The translations under genes were made by a program, and so were the position numbers. A DNA stretch of 63,650 nucleotides, counting the filler, from Octopus bimaculoides (Eukaryota), in the NCBI RefSeq assembly GCF_001194135.2. It is 6 parts of 6 records of this genome, joined end to end, with 100 filler letters (N's around TTAATTAATTAA, not from the genome) between each part and the next. Parts side by side here need not be neighbours in the genome. Positions count along the whole stretch, not along the records: positions 22,526 to 26,639 come from NC_068997.1; positions 26,740 to 55,327 come from NC_068984.1; 4 more parts are not named here. One strand, 5' to 3'. Under the pieces are notes generated by a model. The model searched no databases and had not been told where the DNA came from. It saw only the letters and a list, made by a program, of their open reading frames with translations. The stretch's first letter is position 1. Every line of letters starts with the position of its first letter. Shown piece by piece: positions 25,347-38,569 of this stretch.

Positions 25347-25437
25347 CGGCATTTTTTGCTTCCGCCCACGCATAGACGTGTCAGAAGTCCTTGAGGTTTC
25401 AGGGAGTTGAGTAATGATGGGGATATTGAAGGTGGTG
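25347..25437 (-). CDS. Candidate internal exon, 5' part in gap (TTFNIPIITQLPETSRTSDTSMRGRKQKMP or PPSISPSLLNSLKPQGLLTRLCVGGSKKC)
   Basis: Strong donor CCG|GTGAGT, two open frames, GC higher than flanks; no homology recognised. Confidence 0.35.
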
Positions 25438-25997
25438 NNNNNNNNNNNNNNNNNNNNNNNNNNNNNNNNNNNNNNNNNNNNNNNNNNNNNNNNNNNNNNN
25501 NNNNNNNNNNNNNNNNNNNNNNNNNNNNNNNNNNNNNNNNNNNNNNNNNNNNNNNNNNNNNNNNNNNNNNNNNNNNNNNNNNNNNNNNNNNNNNNNNNNN
25601 NNNNNNNNNNNNNNNNNNNNNNNNNNNNNNNNNNNNNNNNNNNNNNNNNNNNNNNNNNNNNNNNNNNNNNNNNNNNNNNNNNNNNNNNNNNNNNNNNNNN
25701 NNNNNNNNNNNNNNNNNNNNNNNNNNNNNNNNNNNNNNNNNNNNNNNNNNNNNNNNNNNNNNNNNNNNNNNNNNNNNNNNNNNNNNNNNNNNNNNNNNNN
25801 NNNNNNNNNNNNNNNNNNNNNNNNNNNNNNNNNNNNNNNNNNNNNNNNNNNNNNNNNNNNNNNNNNNNNNNNNNNNNNNNNNNNNNNNNNNGTGTGTTTC
25901 TGAGTAAACATATGTATACATGTATTTTTGTATAGAGCGAAGTGCATATTTCTCCCTCTCTCTCTCTCTTTCTCTCTCTATATATATATATATATAC

Positions 25998-26033
<36 letters not shown>

Positions 26034-26222
26034 ATAAGTAATTAGTATGTGTATGTGTACATGCATGCATATATGTATATATGCACATATGTTCTCTTTC
26101 ATATGTTCACAACTAACCGCATCTTCCTCTCTTCATTCCTGCTCTTAAAACTGCATTCTCATCTGGTTTCTAACTTTTCCTCCCTTCCTTTCCACCACCC
26201 TCCTCATTTTTCTTTCTTCTTT

Positions 26223-26261
26223 TTTTTCTGATAAGGGACTATATGTCCGAAACATCAAGGA
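26223..26261 (+). ncRNA. Degenerate minimal hammerhead-like motif
   Basis: TTTTT-CTGATAA-G GGAC tatat GTCC-GAA-ACAT-C-AAGGA after a CT-rich tract; core G8>A, stem III ACGT>ACAT. Confidence 0.4.
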
Positions 26262-26739
26262 TCTTTTCATTTTACTTTCCCTTTTTAGTCGTGAAACTAA
26301 TAACACCTCTATTAAATACTGTTTCACTTGCTGTGTGCTTTCTTGTTTTTCTCCTTATTCGTCATATACGTCTGTGTGTATATGTATGTATGTATGTATG
26401 TATGTATGCATGTATATTGAACTTATATGAACTATATGTTGTGAACGTATGTCTATCTGCATGAGTGTGTATGTTCCTCGTGTCTAATATAAATGTTATT
26501 AATAACATTAATGTTACTTTCTTTCATCACGCAGGTGTTTAAGTTTGTCTAAAGTTTTCTTGCCTCTCGTATCTTAACTCCATCTCAGCTATATTTTATG
26601 CAGAGAGCAGCCTTTGAACATTTCTTATGTCATGTTATANNNNNNNNNNNNNNNNNNNNNNNNNNNNNNNNNNNNNNNNNNNNTTAATTAATTAANNNNN
26701 NNNNNNNNNNNNNNNNNNNNNNNNNNNNNNNNNNNNNNN

Positions 26740-26966
26740 GGCACATAAAAGACACCATTTTGAGCGTGGCCGTTTTCATGCGGGTGACACGTAAAAGCAC
26801 CCACTACACTCTCTGAGTGGTTGGCATTAGGAAGGGCATCCAGCTGTAGAAACTCTGCCAAATTAGATTGGAGCCTGGTGTTGCCATCCGGTTTCACCAG
26901 TCCTCAGTCAAATCGTCCAACCCATGCTAGCATGGAAAGCGGACGTTAAACGATGATGATGATGAT
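26740..26966 (+). mobile_element. RTE-type LINE 3' end with (GAT)n tail
   Basis: ..AAAGCACCCACTACACTCTCTGAGTGGTTGGCATTAGGAAGGGCATCCAGCTGTAG..GCATGGAAAGCGGACGTTAAACGATGATGATG; same family as 40157-41576. Confidence 0.85.
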
Positions 26967-27039
26967 ATATATGTACTCATACATGCATACACACATATGC
27001 TTACAAATATACACACATATATTTACTCATATGTATATG

Positions 27040-27099
<60 letters not shown>

Positions 27100-27127
27100 T
27101 ATGTGTATGTACATGTATGTATATAAA

Positions 27128-27420
27128 TAAGTGTGTGGCCTAGTGGTTACGGTGTTGCACTCATGATTACTAGATCATGGGTTCAATTCCTGGACTGGGT
27201 GCCATATTGTGTCCTCAAGCAAAACAGTTCATTTCACACTGCTCTAGTTCACTCAACTCTAAATGAGTAACCCTATGATTGAATAGCCTTCGGTCAGAGG
27301 AATGTTGTCCTACTCAGTTAGCCAATGCGGTGGTATCATTCAAAAGCTAAAACAATGTGAAGCACATTGTGACCATCAATGTATAACATCTGATAGTCTG
27401 GTTGATACTGTGATGCTATG
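27128..27420 (+). mobile_element. SINE family C (tRNA-derived)
   Basis: A box TGGCCTAGTGG, B box GGTTCAATTCC, then TGTGTCCTCAAGCAAAACA core-like block. Confidence 0.75.
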
Positions 27421-27489
27421 ATATATATATGTATGTATGTGATGTGTGTGTGTGTGTGTGTCTGTGTATATATATAGAGAGAGAGTGTG

Positions 27490-28290
27490 TGTGGATCTCC
27501 AAGGGAAAATATTAGTTTCATTTCGTTTTAGCCTTTGCATATCTACATTCACCGACCATGATACACTACTATGTCACATTACTGTTTGGACACAAGCATC
27601 ATATGATCTGCCATTCGCTCTGAGGGAGAAGCCTTTCATTACCATAAGAGGTAATGGCTCTCTGAGCCTTCTCCATCCTATTCTTATTCAAGCAATTATA
27701 CTTTCAGAACATCCTCCTTCACTGCTTATTAGATCACCTAGGTAACAGAAATGGTTTACCATCTCTAGTGATCCTCCTGGGCATTTGTGAAAATCTATTT
27801 CCTATATGTTCTTAATGTTTATTGCTACTGTGCATTTTCCACAAAGTCTATTTTCCCTGCTCATCTTCCTGTGATTCCACTGCATCTTTTGTATCCACTG
27901 GGTACACTACATGGAAATTGTACCAACACCTTTTCTACATATTGAGCAGTGCCATTTCCTTGAAGGGTTTAGTCTTGTCTGTTTTCTTGCTAACTAGAAT
28001 TTTGGATTTTGCTCAGTTAACATTAAGGCCTTTTGATTCCATGTTTTGCTTTCACACCTGGAATTTCTTTTCTAGTACAGATTTAGCTGTAAGAATAAGG
28101 TCATCAGCATAGAAGAATTCCCATAGGTAAACATTCTTAAACTCCTCTGGAGGACAATGGCAAATAGGAAAGAACTGAGAATTGAGCTCTGATGAACTCC
28201 TAGGTTCATTGATGTATTATTGCTAACTCTCACCTTACTAACAGCATCCCACTGTATGGCTTGAATGGCTTATGGGACTCATTCATTTAC
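27490..28290 (-). mobile_element. RTE LINE RT fragment of the PHD-insert family, degenerate
   Basis: VHQSSILS.FLF, WEFFYADDL, MESKGLNVN, YLGDLI; colinear with 40927-41576. Confidence 0.8.
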
Positions 28291-28380
28291 TCTTAATTCT
28301 CACGATGTGCACCAGATCATGAAGTGGAGGACTCTACTGAATCTTGCAGATATGTGTGTATGCACGCACACAATCATATG

Positions 28381-28411
<31 letters not shown>

Positions 28412-28412
<1 letters not shown>

Positions 28413-28560
28413 ACGATGGGAGGGATGACTTTCTTTGCAGGTGCCGACAGGGCGCAGAGGGTGTGTCGGTGGCCAGCTGGAGGAGATGCTCTCTTGGGGC
28501 TAAGGGCAACAGTAGCATTCACCCTTGGGGTTTGGCCGCATTTGAGTGGCAAATATACTT
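28412..28560 (+). repeat. Unclassified dispersed repeat (second copy of 1035-1172)
   Basis: Shared sequence blocks as listed for 1035-1172. Confidence 0.65.
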
Positions 28561-28563
28561 CAC

Positions 28564-28608
<45 letters not shown>

Positions 28609-29794
28609 ACTTTAATCCCCTGAGATTGCAGATACTGTTTCTGAATCTCTTTGATTCTTTAAATGTGCTAGCTTCCTGGTAATTAATCGATATTAATTAA
28701 TATATGATTTTTTACCCTATTTTTTAATANNNNNNNNNNNNNNNNNNNNNNNNNNNNNNNNNNNNNNNNNNNNNNNNNNNNNNNNNNNNNNNNNNNNNNN
28801 NNNNNNNNNNNNNNNNNNNNNNNNNNNNNNNNNNNNNNNNNNNNNNNNNNNNNNNNNNNNNNNNNNNNNNNNNNNNNNNNNNNNNNNNNNNNNNNNNNNN
28901 NNNNNNNNNNNNNNNNNNNNNNNNNNNNNNNNNNNNNNNNNNNNNNNNNNNNNNNNNNNNNNNNNNNNNNNNNNNNNNNNNNNNNNNNNNNNNNNNNNNN
29001 NNNNNNNNNNNNNNNNNNNNNNNNNNNNNNNNNNNNNNNNNNNNNNNNNNNNNNNNNNNNNNNNNNNNNNNNNNNNNNNNNNNNNNNNNNNNNNNNNNNN
29101 NNNNNNNNNNNNNNNNNNNNNNNNNNNNNNNNNNNNNNNNNNNNNNNNNNNNNNNNNNNNNNNNNNNNNNNNNNNNNNNNNNNNNNNNNNNNNNNNNNNN
29201 NNNNNNNNNNNNNNNNNNNNNNNNNNNNNNNNNNNNNNNNNNNNNNNNNNNNNNNNNNNNNATATATATATATATATATAGTTAAGCTGTATTCTGTTAA
29301 GAACTTAGCAGAATACAGTATAAAGCTCGTCCACCTTCAGATTTCACCCAGTACTATCCACTTGTAGTATTATACTTACTGCCAGATTTGTGTTGGGGCT
29401 TCTGTAGTGTGTGAATGGATAATTGAATATATTGGAGTTAACAGAGGAACATTTATTTGTAATCACTACAATTGTTTTCACACAACATAGTTCTTCAGGT
29501 TTGTCGGTATTTGGTTATGTAACCGTTTCCCTGCATTATGAGACCTTGTGTTTCATCAGGTGATATATAAATATTCTTTGTGTTCCATAAACTCAAATAA
29601 TTGAAGCTGCCAGACTAATTTACTGGTTCTTTGCTCAGACCAGTAACTCACACTAACAGTATTAATAATGTTGTATTATTTATATTAATGTACAGGTACC
29701 TGTATTTCATTTAATTATTTAAGTAAATTTAATATTTATTTAATTTGAAAAATCTGGAATCTGGAAAGGTTTCTGAGCCAAAGGTTCTGGAAAA

Positions 29795-30115
29795 TCAATA
29801 TTGTACGGGCCTAATGGAGGTGGTGACAAGTGACTGAGACCTTTGGTGATATGCTGTGCTTGAGAAGATTCATCAAACCAAATGAAATCATAGTCATGGC
29901 TGCTGCCAGTGCCATGTAGATGGCACCTGTGAGATCGTAGTTGTGGCCATTGCTGGTGTTATGTAAATTCATCTGTGCTGGTGGCACATAAAAAAGCACC
30001 CACTACACTCTTGAAGTGGTTGGCATTAGGAAGGACATCCAGCCGTAGAAACCATGCCAAATCAGACTGGAACCTTGTGCAGCCCTCCAGCTTACCAATT
30101 CCAGTCAAACCGTCT
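29795..30115 (+). mobile_element. RTE-type LINE 3' end
   Basis: GAGACCTTTGG..GCTGTGCTTGAGAAG..AAAGCACCCACTACACTC..GGTTGGCATTAGGAAG. Confidence 0.75.
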
Positions 30116-30119
30116 ATAT

Positions 30120-30345
30120 ATTTACATGTATATATCTATGTGTGTGTCTTTGTGTCTGTGTTTGTCCCCACCATCACTGCTTGTCAACTAGTGTTGGTAT
30201 TTACATCCCTGTAACATGGTGGTTCAGCAAAAAGAGATTGATTGAGTAGATACCAGGCTTTAAAAAATAAGTCCAGGGGGCGATTTGTTCAACTAAAATC
30301 CTTCAAGGCAGTGCTCCAGCATGGCCACAAATGAAGCAAGTAAAA

Positions 30346-30347
<2 letters not shown>
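30120..30347 (+). mobile_element. SINE family A tail half
   Basis: GTGTTTGTCCCCACCATCACTGCTTGTCAAC..GCTCCAGCATGGCCACAAATGAAGCAAGTAAAAG. Confidence 0.75.
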
Positions 30348-30388
<41 letters not shown>

Positions 30389-30697
30389 TAAATGTGGAAG
30401 ATGTGCATGTGAGAGGAATAAAAGAAAGATTGGAAGAGAGAAAAAGATAGTTTCACAAGATAAACTAGCAATATTTCTGTGCCTCACAGATATGCTACTA
30501 CTCTATTATGTTTTACCCCAAGGGTGTCTCAAACCCATTGTCTTTTGGTTTGTGTATTGCTCTAGGTTTCATTTGGAGCTTCATGCAAAATTTAGTAAAG
30601 AGTCATTGAAAAATAGCAATGCTGTTTCAAGATTAAATAGAATGTGTGCATGTGTATGTATATATATATATAATTGCATTCATATAAATAAATATGT

Positions 30698-31205
30698 ATC
30701 ATCATCATCATCATCATCATCATCATTTAACGTCCGTTGTCCATGCTGGCATGGGTTGGAAGGTTCAAACGGGCTGGCCTACTGGAATGCTACACCAGAC
30801 TCCAGTCTGATTGGTATGGTTTTCTATGGCCTGATGCCCTTCCTAACACCAACTACTGTGAGAGTGCAATAGGTGCTTTTACGTGCCACTGGCACGGGTG
30901 CCATTTGTGTGACACTGGGGTATTTTATGTGCCAATTTGCATGACATGGGTATCTGCACAACTACGATTTTACTTGGCTTGATGGGTCTTCGTCTCAAAC
31001 ACGACATAATGCCAAAGGTCTCAGTCATTGACTCCTTGAGGCCCAACACTCGAAAGGAACTCAGCCACTTTGCCTCCATGAGGCCCAACACTCAAACTGT
31101 GTTCTTTTTGTGCCACCAGCATGGGTACACTTGGCTTGACAGGTCCTCTCAAGCACAGCACATCGCCAAAGGTCATGGTCGCTAGTCATTGCCTCTGTGA
31201 GGCAA
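30698..31205 (-). mobile_element. RTE-type LINE 3' end with (CAT)n tail
   Basis: (CAT)n-TTAACGTCCGTTGTCCATGCTGGCATGGGTTGG..AAGCACAGCACATCGCCAAAGGTC. Confidence 0.8.
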
Positions 31206-31539
31206 TGTATATACATATATATGAGTGTATGTGTGTATTGACTAATGTGTATGTATGTATATAAGTGTGAGTGTGTGTGTGGGTGTGTTATGTATGGATG
31301 TGAATTTCTCTCTTAAAATAAATTATGGTAAATGTATTTATTGAGAAGTTAATTAATTGTTTTAATGAAACTGCAATTGTCACCATATTTCAACAAATTC
31401 CAAATGCCTTTGAGAAGAGAAGTTGAGAAGCTGTGACTTTTAGGAAAATTTTAAAACGATTAAAGAAATTTAGGCTAGCTTAATTATGGTCATCATATTT
31501 TCTTTTTGTATTATTTTGAATGGGTAGATTAAAAAGTTC

Positions 31540-32500
31540 TCTTTTTGAGAGAAATATCTTGGCAGCAGATCACTTTTATGTCTATTTTCATGGTGCAACA
31601 ATTACACCTTTCCTCTCAAGGTGTCTTTAAATCTCTCTTGATACTTAGCTCTGATTTTATTTCTTCTGCCCTCTCTCTTTTTTTTATATCTTTCTATTGC
31701 TATCAATCTCCTACTAAGTTAGCAGTGATAAGATCCTATCAAATCTGCTTTTATATATGAAACAAGGCTGCTTTCCAGATGTCTGTGAGATTTCATGTTA
31801 CTAACCAGCACTTTTACAGTCTCTAATAGATCTTCTGTAACAACTAGGTCAACTGCAAACACAATCAGTCTTAAAATCTTGTGTTCCAGCTTTAGTTACT
31901 GTTGTTGTTTAGCTCCAAGTTCACCCTGATTGAACAGATCTATAGTCAAACACATTCTTACTATGACTATCCCATATTTTTAGAGGTATCTAGAACCACA
32001 TTTATAAGGTAACCTTCTCCTTTTTGAGTTGGTAGAATGTGATTTGAATAAGATTTGGCTTTTATTTCTTGCAAGTTAGGTAGTCACTTAGAAGCTTTCT
32101 CAAAGAACACCTTTATAAGATACACTAAACAATGTTTTCAGATCCATCTGGACAGTTCATGGACTTTACTTCAAGGGTGCTTTTTCTACTTCTCATGCAT
32201 CTGTCACAGCTGAACTCCTGGTTTCTGACAAGCTGCCCAAGATTTTTCTACATATTTTGTGTACCTGTTACTTGTGCTGAGTAAGCAGTGATAAGATCCT
32301 ATCAAATCTGTTTTTATATTTGGAACAAAGGCTACTTTCCACATGTCACTGAGTTTTCATCTTACTAACTCACAAACAGATCTTTAACTTCCATATCTTC
32401 CTTCTACTAGCTGACTTTCACTTCTAGTTCTACCTCATTGTCAACCGAGAATCAATAGCTAATTTAAATTTAACCGCTGTGCAGCATTTATCAGAGAAAT
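31540..32500 (-). mobile_element. Two degenerate RTE fragments (PHD-insert family) sharing a duplicated block
   Basis: AGCAGTGATAAGATCCTATCAAATCTG at 31721 and 32284; minus strand SGKQPC resembles SDRWPG/SGKWPC. Confidence 0.45.
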
Positions 32501-33149
32501 AGTTGGTGTTCACAACAATTCAACCAGTCTTTTCTTTTAGGAGAAAACTAATCTGGTTCTCATGCCTGCCCTAATGGTAGATGATCAATTGGAAGTCTGA
32601 CTTTCGAAAATTAATGCTATTAGCAGTTAGGTTATTTGCAACACAGATCTTCAGCAACTTTGATCTTTCTTCATTTGTTGTACCATAATCATTGTTTCTG
32701 TGCACTCTACTGTACACATCTTGAAGTTACCTGGATGACTATTAGCCCTTTTGCATTTAAACTAGCCATATCCAGCCCAAATTGTCTACCTGTTTTATGT
32801 TCAAACTAACCTTATCCAACGTCTCGTACCTACTCTGCAATGTCATTCTAAAAATAAACAATCAAATCTTTGAAATCTTGAAGCTGTGAGATAATACATG
32901 ATTAATTTTTTTTTAATGTGAATAAATAAGCAGTACATTTGACAGGATAATCTGAATGCTAAAAGGTTAAAATATCCAGCTCTGCTGGCAGTAATTCAGT
33001 TGTCAATTCTTGAAGTAGTGTGTACAAAGGTATTTTAAAACTAGGAGTTTTTTTCACAATAAAACCCATTTCTGGGGAATAAGCGTACATTGTACCTGTA
33101 TATATTTACTACTTTGCTTGAATTTTATTATTTTGTTCTAGAAAGTCAG

Positions 33150-33630
33150 TTCAACAGATGAAGCATTTTAAGTTTCTTGGTTCATATATCACAATTGGTA
33201 GTATATGAGAAGGCATAGTCAGACAATTTACTACACAGCTCAAAAATATGGAAGTCAAAATAGTGAACCAAATCACCTATAAAGAGTTGCTTTGTATGGT
33301 TGTGAAAACTGGGATCTGAAGGAAAATGACAAGAACCAATTAAATGATTTTGTGCTATGGTTATAGTGAAGGGTTCTGCATATCAGAAGGTTAGAACATG
33401 TAGCCAATAGAAAAAAAAGTCTGTTAGCCAAGTTTATGAAAAGGAAAATATTAATGTTTGGACACTTGAAGAAGTGGAAGGAAAATGCTACCCTGACAGA
33501 AAGGGTGCAGGCTGGATGGATGACATTATCCACTGTGCTCAGGGTAGCTTCATGGCTGTGCATGCAAACACTTATGTAAGATATCAATGGTTCTTGATGG
33601 TTATGGTTAACAAGATGGATGGACTCTAAA
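33150..33630 (+). mobile_element. RTE LINE C-terminal remnant
   Basis: FKFLGSYIT, LYRVALYGCENW, WMDDI motifs. Confidence 0.6.
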
Positions 33631-34191
33631 AAGTACATTACCATATAGTTTATACTTGGTATTCACTGATACTTAAAGTATTTCTTGGTTTTTACTGTTA
33701 TGTCTGAATATTGACTGGTGTATAAAAATATATCTGGATATTGATTGACATATCTAGAAAATTACTGATATATTGGAGTATTAGTTGATATATAAAAAAT
33801 ATATCTACACGCACACACACAGGTATTGACTAGTATATCCGGATATTGACCGATATATAAACATAATGTGTATATCAGTCAATATCTAATTGCATTGAAG
33901 CAGGTAAGACCCTCTAAATTGAATCATGATATTTGAGTATTAAACTAGTCATTATAATCCATAGTTTGCTTCAGAGTAAGGCTAGAGATATATTCTTGTT
34001 TAAAACTAATTAACAAGTATGCACTATAGGTGGATATAATTTACTGGAAACCCCTGAAGGTGGCTGTAGTCCAATGATTTGTAAACAGTAAAATTATATT
34101 CACATTTATTTGTTTGGTAATAATATTATATACACTTGTAAAGTATCAAAATATTTTGTCAGCCATCTGCATCACTAAACCATTCCACATT

Positions 34192-34231
<40 letters not shown>

Positions 34232-34299
34232 CCACATATACACACACGCACAGAGGCCAGCATGAAAAACAAACATGATTTTGATAAAAATAATGAAAT

Positions 34300-34670
34300 T
34301 ATTGTGTATAGTGCTCAGGTGCACTGCAACTCATCAAAGGTGCATGTACAGTACATAGAATTATGTACAAAAGTCAAGAAAGTGAACAGTGTATGAGTCA
34401 TGATATATATGTGTGCATGTGTATGGAGTGGGGGATATCAGGTGTAGTGTTGGCGAATTTCAGGAAGCATGGAGATTCTAAAGGATGCAATGTCTTGGCA
34501 ACTAACAACTGATGCAGGTAGCCTGTTCCATGCTTCAGCAACTCTGAGTGTGAAAAAATGTTTCTGAAAGTCATAGGAGCTGTGCTGTTTTCTGACTTTG
34601 TAGGCATGCCCACGTGTGTTAAACATATGGAGCTCAAAAAGGTACTCAAGGTGGTTAATCAATTAAAGGA
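34300..34670 (-). mobile_element. CR1/L2-group LINE 3' end
   Basis: NTRGHAYKVRKQHSSYDFQKHFFTLRVAEAWNRLPASVVS, the classic CR1 ORF2 terminus. Confidence 0.85.
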
Positions 34671-34791
34671 GTCATTAGAAATGGCTGCAATGGATTGAGA
34701 TCTGTACCTCTACTGTTACTGATTTATATATATCAGTGGCGACTCCAGCACTCAGGCTGTTTGGGCTTGGCCTGAGTATGAATTTAGTAAA

Positions 34792-34957
34792 GTAGGTGCA
34801 GGAGTGGCTGTGTGGTAAGTAGCTTGCTTACCAACCACATGGTTCCGGGTTCAGTCCCACTGCGTGGCACCTTGGGCAAGTGTCTTCTACTATAGTCTCA
34901 GGTCGACCAAAGCCTTCAGAGTGGATTTGGTAGATGGAAACTGAAAGAAGCCCGTTG

Positions 34958-34998
<41 letters not shown>

Positions 34999-35218
34999 CT
35001 GTTTGTGTGTCTGTGTTTGTCCCTCCAACATTGCTTGACAACTGATGCTGGTGTGTTTACGTCCCCGTAACTTAGCGGTTTGGCAAAAGAGACCGATAGA
35101 ATAAGTACTAGGCTTACAAAGAATAAGTCCTGGGGTCGATTTGCTCAACTAAAGGTGGTGCTCCAGCATGGCCGCAGTCAAATGACTGAAACAAGTAAAA
35201 GAGTAAAAGAGTAAAGAG
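34792..35218 (+). mobile_element. SINE family A, full length
   Basis: A box TGGCTGTGTGG, B box GGTTCAGTCCC, CORE-like GTGGCACCTTGGGCAAGTGTCTT, internal (AT)n/(GT)n, tail (AAAGAGTA)n. Confidence 0.92.
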
Positions 35219-37039
35219 TATGTATTTGCAAGCTGATTTAATTTCTGCCTACATTGACTTCATGCATATAATTGCAGCCAATAACTCGGGCTCCTTTTAT
35301 TGAGCCTGGTGACAGTTCATTTATTTTCGTTCAGTGTCTGGTGGTCATGTTAGAGATGTCAAAAGATATCATTTGTAGCAGACGTTCTCTCAACATTGTT
35401 TACACACTCCTGACTCGGGATCAGAAGTTACTGCCACCCAAGTTGTTATCTGTAATTGTAAAAAATTGAAAGTAATTCAAATTCAAAGACTTCTTGAAAT
35501 AATAAATTTCTATAGAGATTAACATTTAAATTCCAATCTATGAAAAGTTTACATTCTACAATATTCTTAATGGAACAAAAAATTATCCAGCAACTCAGGA
35601 TAATACGAATGAACCTGGTAGGTGTAAAAGGCTAAATGGCATCTCTTGTCAAGAGTACAGGCAACAGTCAGATTGCTGATGTTTGTTGTGCAATCTGCTG
35701 TCATTATTTGATTGCTGTTTTTCTGTGCATCTGTGTGTAATGATCAGTTGTGTTTTGCAAGGTTGCTTTATTTTTACCCATAACTTAGAAATAAAGAAAG
35801 ACATAATGCTAGATATAAAAAATAAGGCAATTGGGACTAGAAATAAAGCAGAAAAAGATGAAGTTCTTTGACCAGGCATGTGTCTTATGCAAAATCAGTG
35901 ATGAGCCTGAGTGATGCTGATGACCTGGAGTCGCCTCTGATATATATATATATATATATATATANNNNNNNNNNNNNNNNNNNNNNNNNNNNNNNNNNNN
36001 NNNNNNNNNNNNNNNNNNNNNNNNNNNNNNNNNNNNNNNNNNNNNNNNNNNNNNNNNNNNNNNNNNNNNNNNNNNNNNNNNNNNNNNNNNNNNNNNNNNN
36101 NNNNNNNNNNNNNNNNNNNNNNNNNNNNNNNNNNNNNNNNNNNNNNNNNNNNNNNNNNNNNNNNNNNNNNNNNNNNNNNNNNNNNNNNNNNNNNNNNNNN
36201 NNNNNNNNNNNNNNNNNNNNNNNNNNNNNNNNNNNNNNNNNNNNNNNNNNNNNNNNNNNNNNNNNNNNNNNNNNNNNNNNNNNNNNNNNNNNNNNNNNNN
36301 NNNNNNNNNNNNNNNNNNNNNNNNNNNNNNNNNNNNNNNNNNNNNNNNNNNNNNNNNNNNNNNNNNNNNNNNNNNNNNNNNNNNNNNNNNNNNNNNNNNN
36401 NNNNNNNNNNNNNNNNNNNNNNNNNNNNNNNNNNNNNNNNNNNNNNNNNNNNNNNNNNNNNNNNNNNNNNNNNNNNNNNNNNNNNNNNNNNNNNNNNNNN
36501 NNNNNNNNNNNNNNNNNNNNNNNNNNNNNNNNNNNNNNNNNNNATATATATATATATACATAGATGATGCAGGCTTGGTTGTGTGGTTCAAAAGTTCACT
36601 TTGCAGCTATATGGCTTCAGACTTTAGTTTGATGGCATGGCACTTTGGACAAGTGTTTTCTCGTATTGTCTCAGGCTATCCAATGCCTTGAAAGTAGAAT
36701 AGATAGATGGGGACTGAAAGAAGTCCCCAATTCATATGTATTATTAATCACCTCTCCACTTCTTACTACATTCACTCCTATATCCTTTTTCATCTCTAAT
36801 CATCATCCTTGACCCCTGCCACTTATTAATCTCCAACACATGTGTATATTTAGGGTTATGGAAAGTAAAGTTGTACTTGATAAGATTTGAAAACAGAGAA
36901 GTGAGTAAGAATTCAGACTAAAACAACTACAGTTAAATTCAAGGAACTTATCTTTGATGATGGTAATTGTTGAGGATGATTTCTAAATTTGACTCAAGAT
37001 TATGAATTCTGGAGAAAGGTCTAATTAGGTTTATCATCT

Positions 37040-37465
37040 CCAGTGGCACGTAAATAGCACCATTTGAGCGTGATCGTAAATAGCACCATTTGAGTGTGAT
37101 CGTAAATAGCAACATTTGAGCATGATCATTACCAACATTGCCTTCCTGGCACTTGGGCATGTGAAAAGACATTTGAGCGAGTTCGTTGCCAGTACCGCTG
37201 GACTGGCTCCTGTGCTTGTGGCACGTAAAATACATCATTTCAAGCGTGGCCATTGCCAGTACATCCTGACTGGCCTTCGTGCCAGTGGCATGTAAAAGCA
37301 CCCACTACACTCTCTGAGTGGTTGGCGTTAGGAAAGGCATCCAGCTGTAGAAACTCTGCCAAATCAGATTGGAGCCTGGTGTAGCCATCTGGTTCACCAG
37401 TCCTCAATCAAATCGTCCAACCCATGCTAGCATGGAAAGCAGACGTTAAATGATGATGATGATGA
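37040..37465 (+). mobile_element. RTE-type LINE 3' end with three tandem 26-bp repeats and (GAT)n tail
   Basis: CGTAAATAGCACCATTTGAGCGTGAT x3 at 37049-37126, then the family 3' terminus. Confidence 0.85.
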
Positions 37466-38569
37466 GTACATGTTCAATATTTTATCAATGGTCAACTCCA
37501 ATACTCTTTAAACACTGAATGTAGAGGGACATGACTAGATACCAGTAATTGATTTGATCCCTGTATTCAACCCTGCACTGAATTGATGTTGATAGCATTG
37601 TTTTTAACTGAGGCACAAGGCCCCAAAATGTATGATGGAGAATGGGATGAGGATATAACAGATTGATCTTGATGCTTGATGGGTACTTAACTCCAACCAT
37701 CAAGAATGAATTATTCACAGATACCATCCTAGTGATTCTTTCACTCTTATTTTAGCAAGAATAGTGAAGGCTATGCTTTGTTGATGAGGTCAGAATAAGA
37801 CCAAAACATACTTGGATTTGTGTAATTAGAAAAAAGAAATTAATATGAATCCTTACCTAATTATTTCTTGCTAACTGTTTATTGCTCTCTACTTGATATG
37901 TGTTAACACTAACTGAACTGCCAGTCTGTCTATCTCTCTCTCTCACTATATTTTTATTTCAAGCTAAATATGTTAAAACTAAATATTAACTTAATTAAGA
38001 CTTCTTCTGTATCTCTCCCTCTCCTCATAATTATTTCTAGTTAGCTTTGTTAACGTTTTCTATATATGAACTATATATTTGTAATAACATAACTTATCTT
38101 TTAATAGAGCTAAGTTCTCTAGGTATGGACGCTATACAGTGTTGATCACAATACACAAATTATTGAACTATTTGGCTGCTTCTCCAGAGCAGGGAACCTG
38201 GAATGCTATTTTCTCAGCAATCCACACTTTTCTGTCTAAAAAAAACAAAACAACTACAACAAAAGTAACCATAATTTATTCAAAAATGTTAAGATACTTG
38301 TTCCTTCTTTCTTCTTTGCAATGACAATTGCCATAAAGTTGAAGGAGAAGATTGTCACCATTCTTGTATGTTCCTATGCAGTGTTTAGAATCTTGTCGTT
38401 TCTATTCTTTTTAGGATTGGTTGAGTGGTAGTGATGGTGGTGGGGTTAAATTCTTTGACAATTGCAAAATAAAATTAAAGACATTTGTGGTTGCAACAAT
38501 GACAACAATAGGAAAGATTCTAAGACAGTATGGTAAAAATATATTAAATCAGTAAATATATGTATACAT

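Noticed and set aside
29498-29560. Plus-strand mini-exon GLSVFGYVTVSLHYETLCFIR as opsin exon 2, and an antisense CTGATGA..GAAA motif
   Set aside because: Lacks the TM1 Asn and TM2 motifs; the antisense motif has no stem I or stem II pairing.
34800-34875. tRNA gene (and similar A/B-box heads elsewhere)
   Set aside because: A and B boxes belong to SINE heads continuous with SINE bodies; no convincing cloverleaf.
35649-35879. Hydrophobic minus-strand ORF (FLVPIALFFISSIMSFF)
   Set aside because: AT-rich composition explains hydrophobicity; no homology or convincing splice signals.
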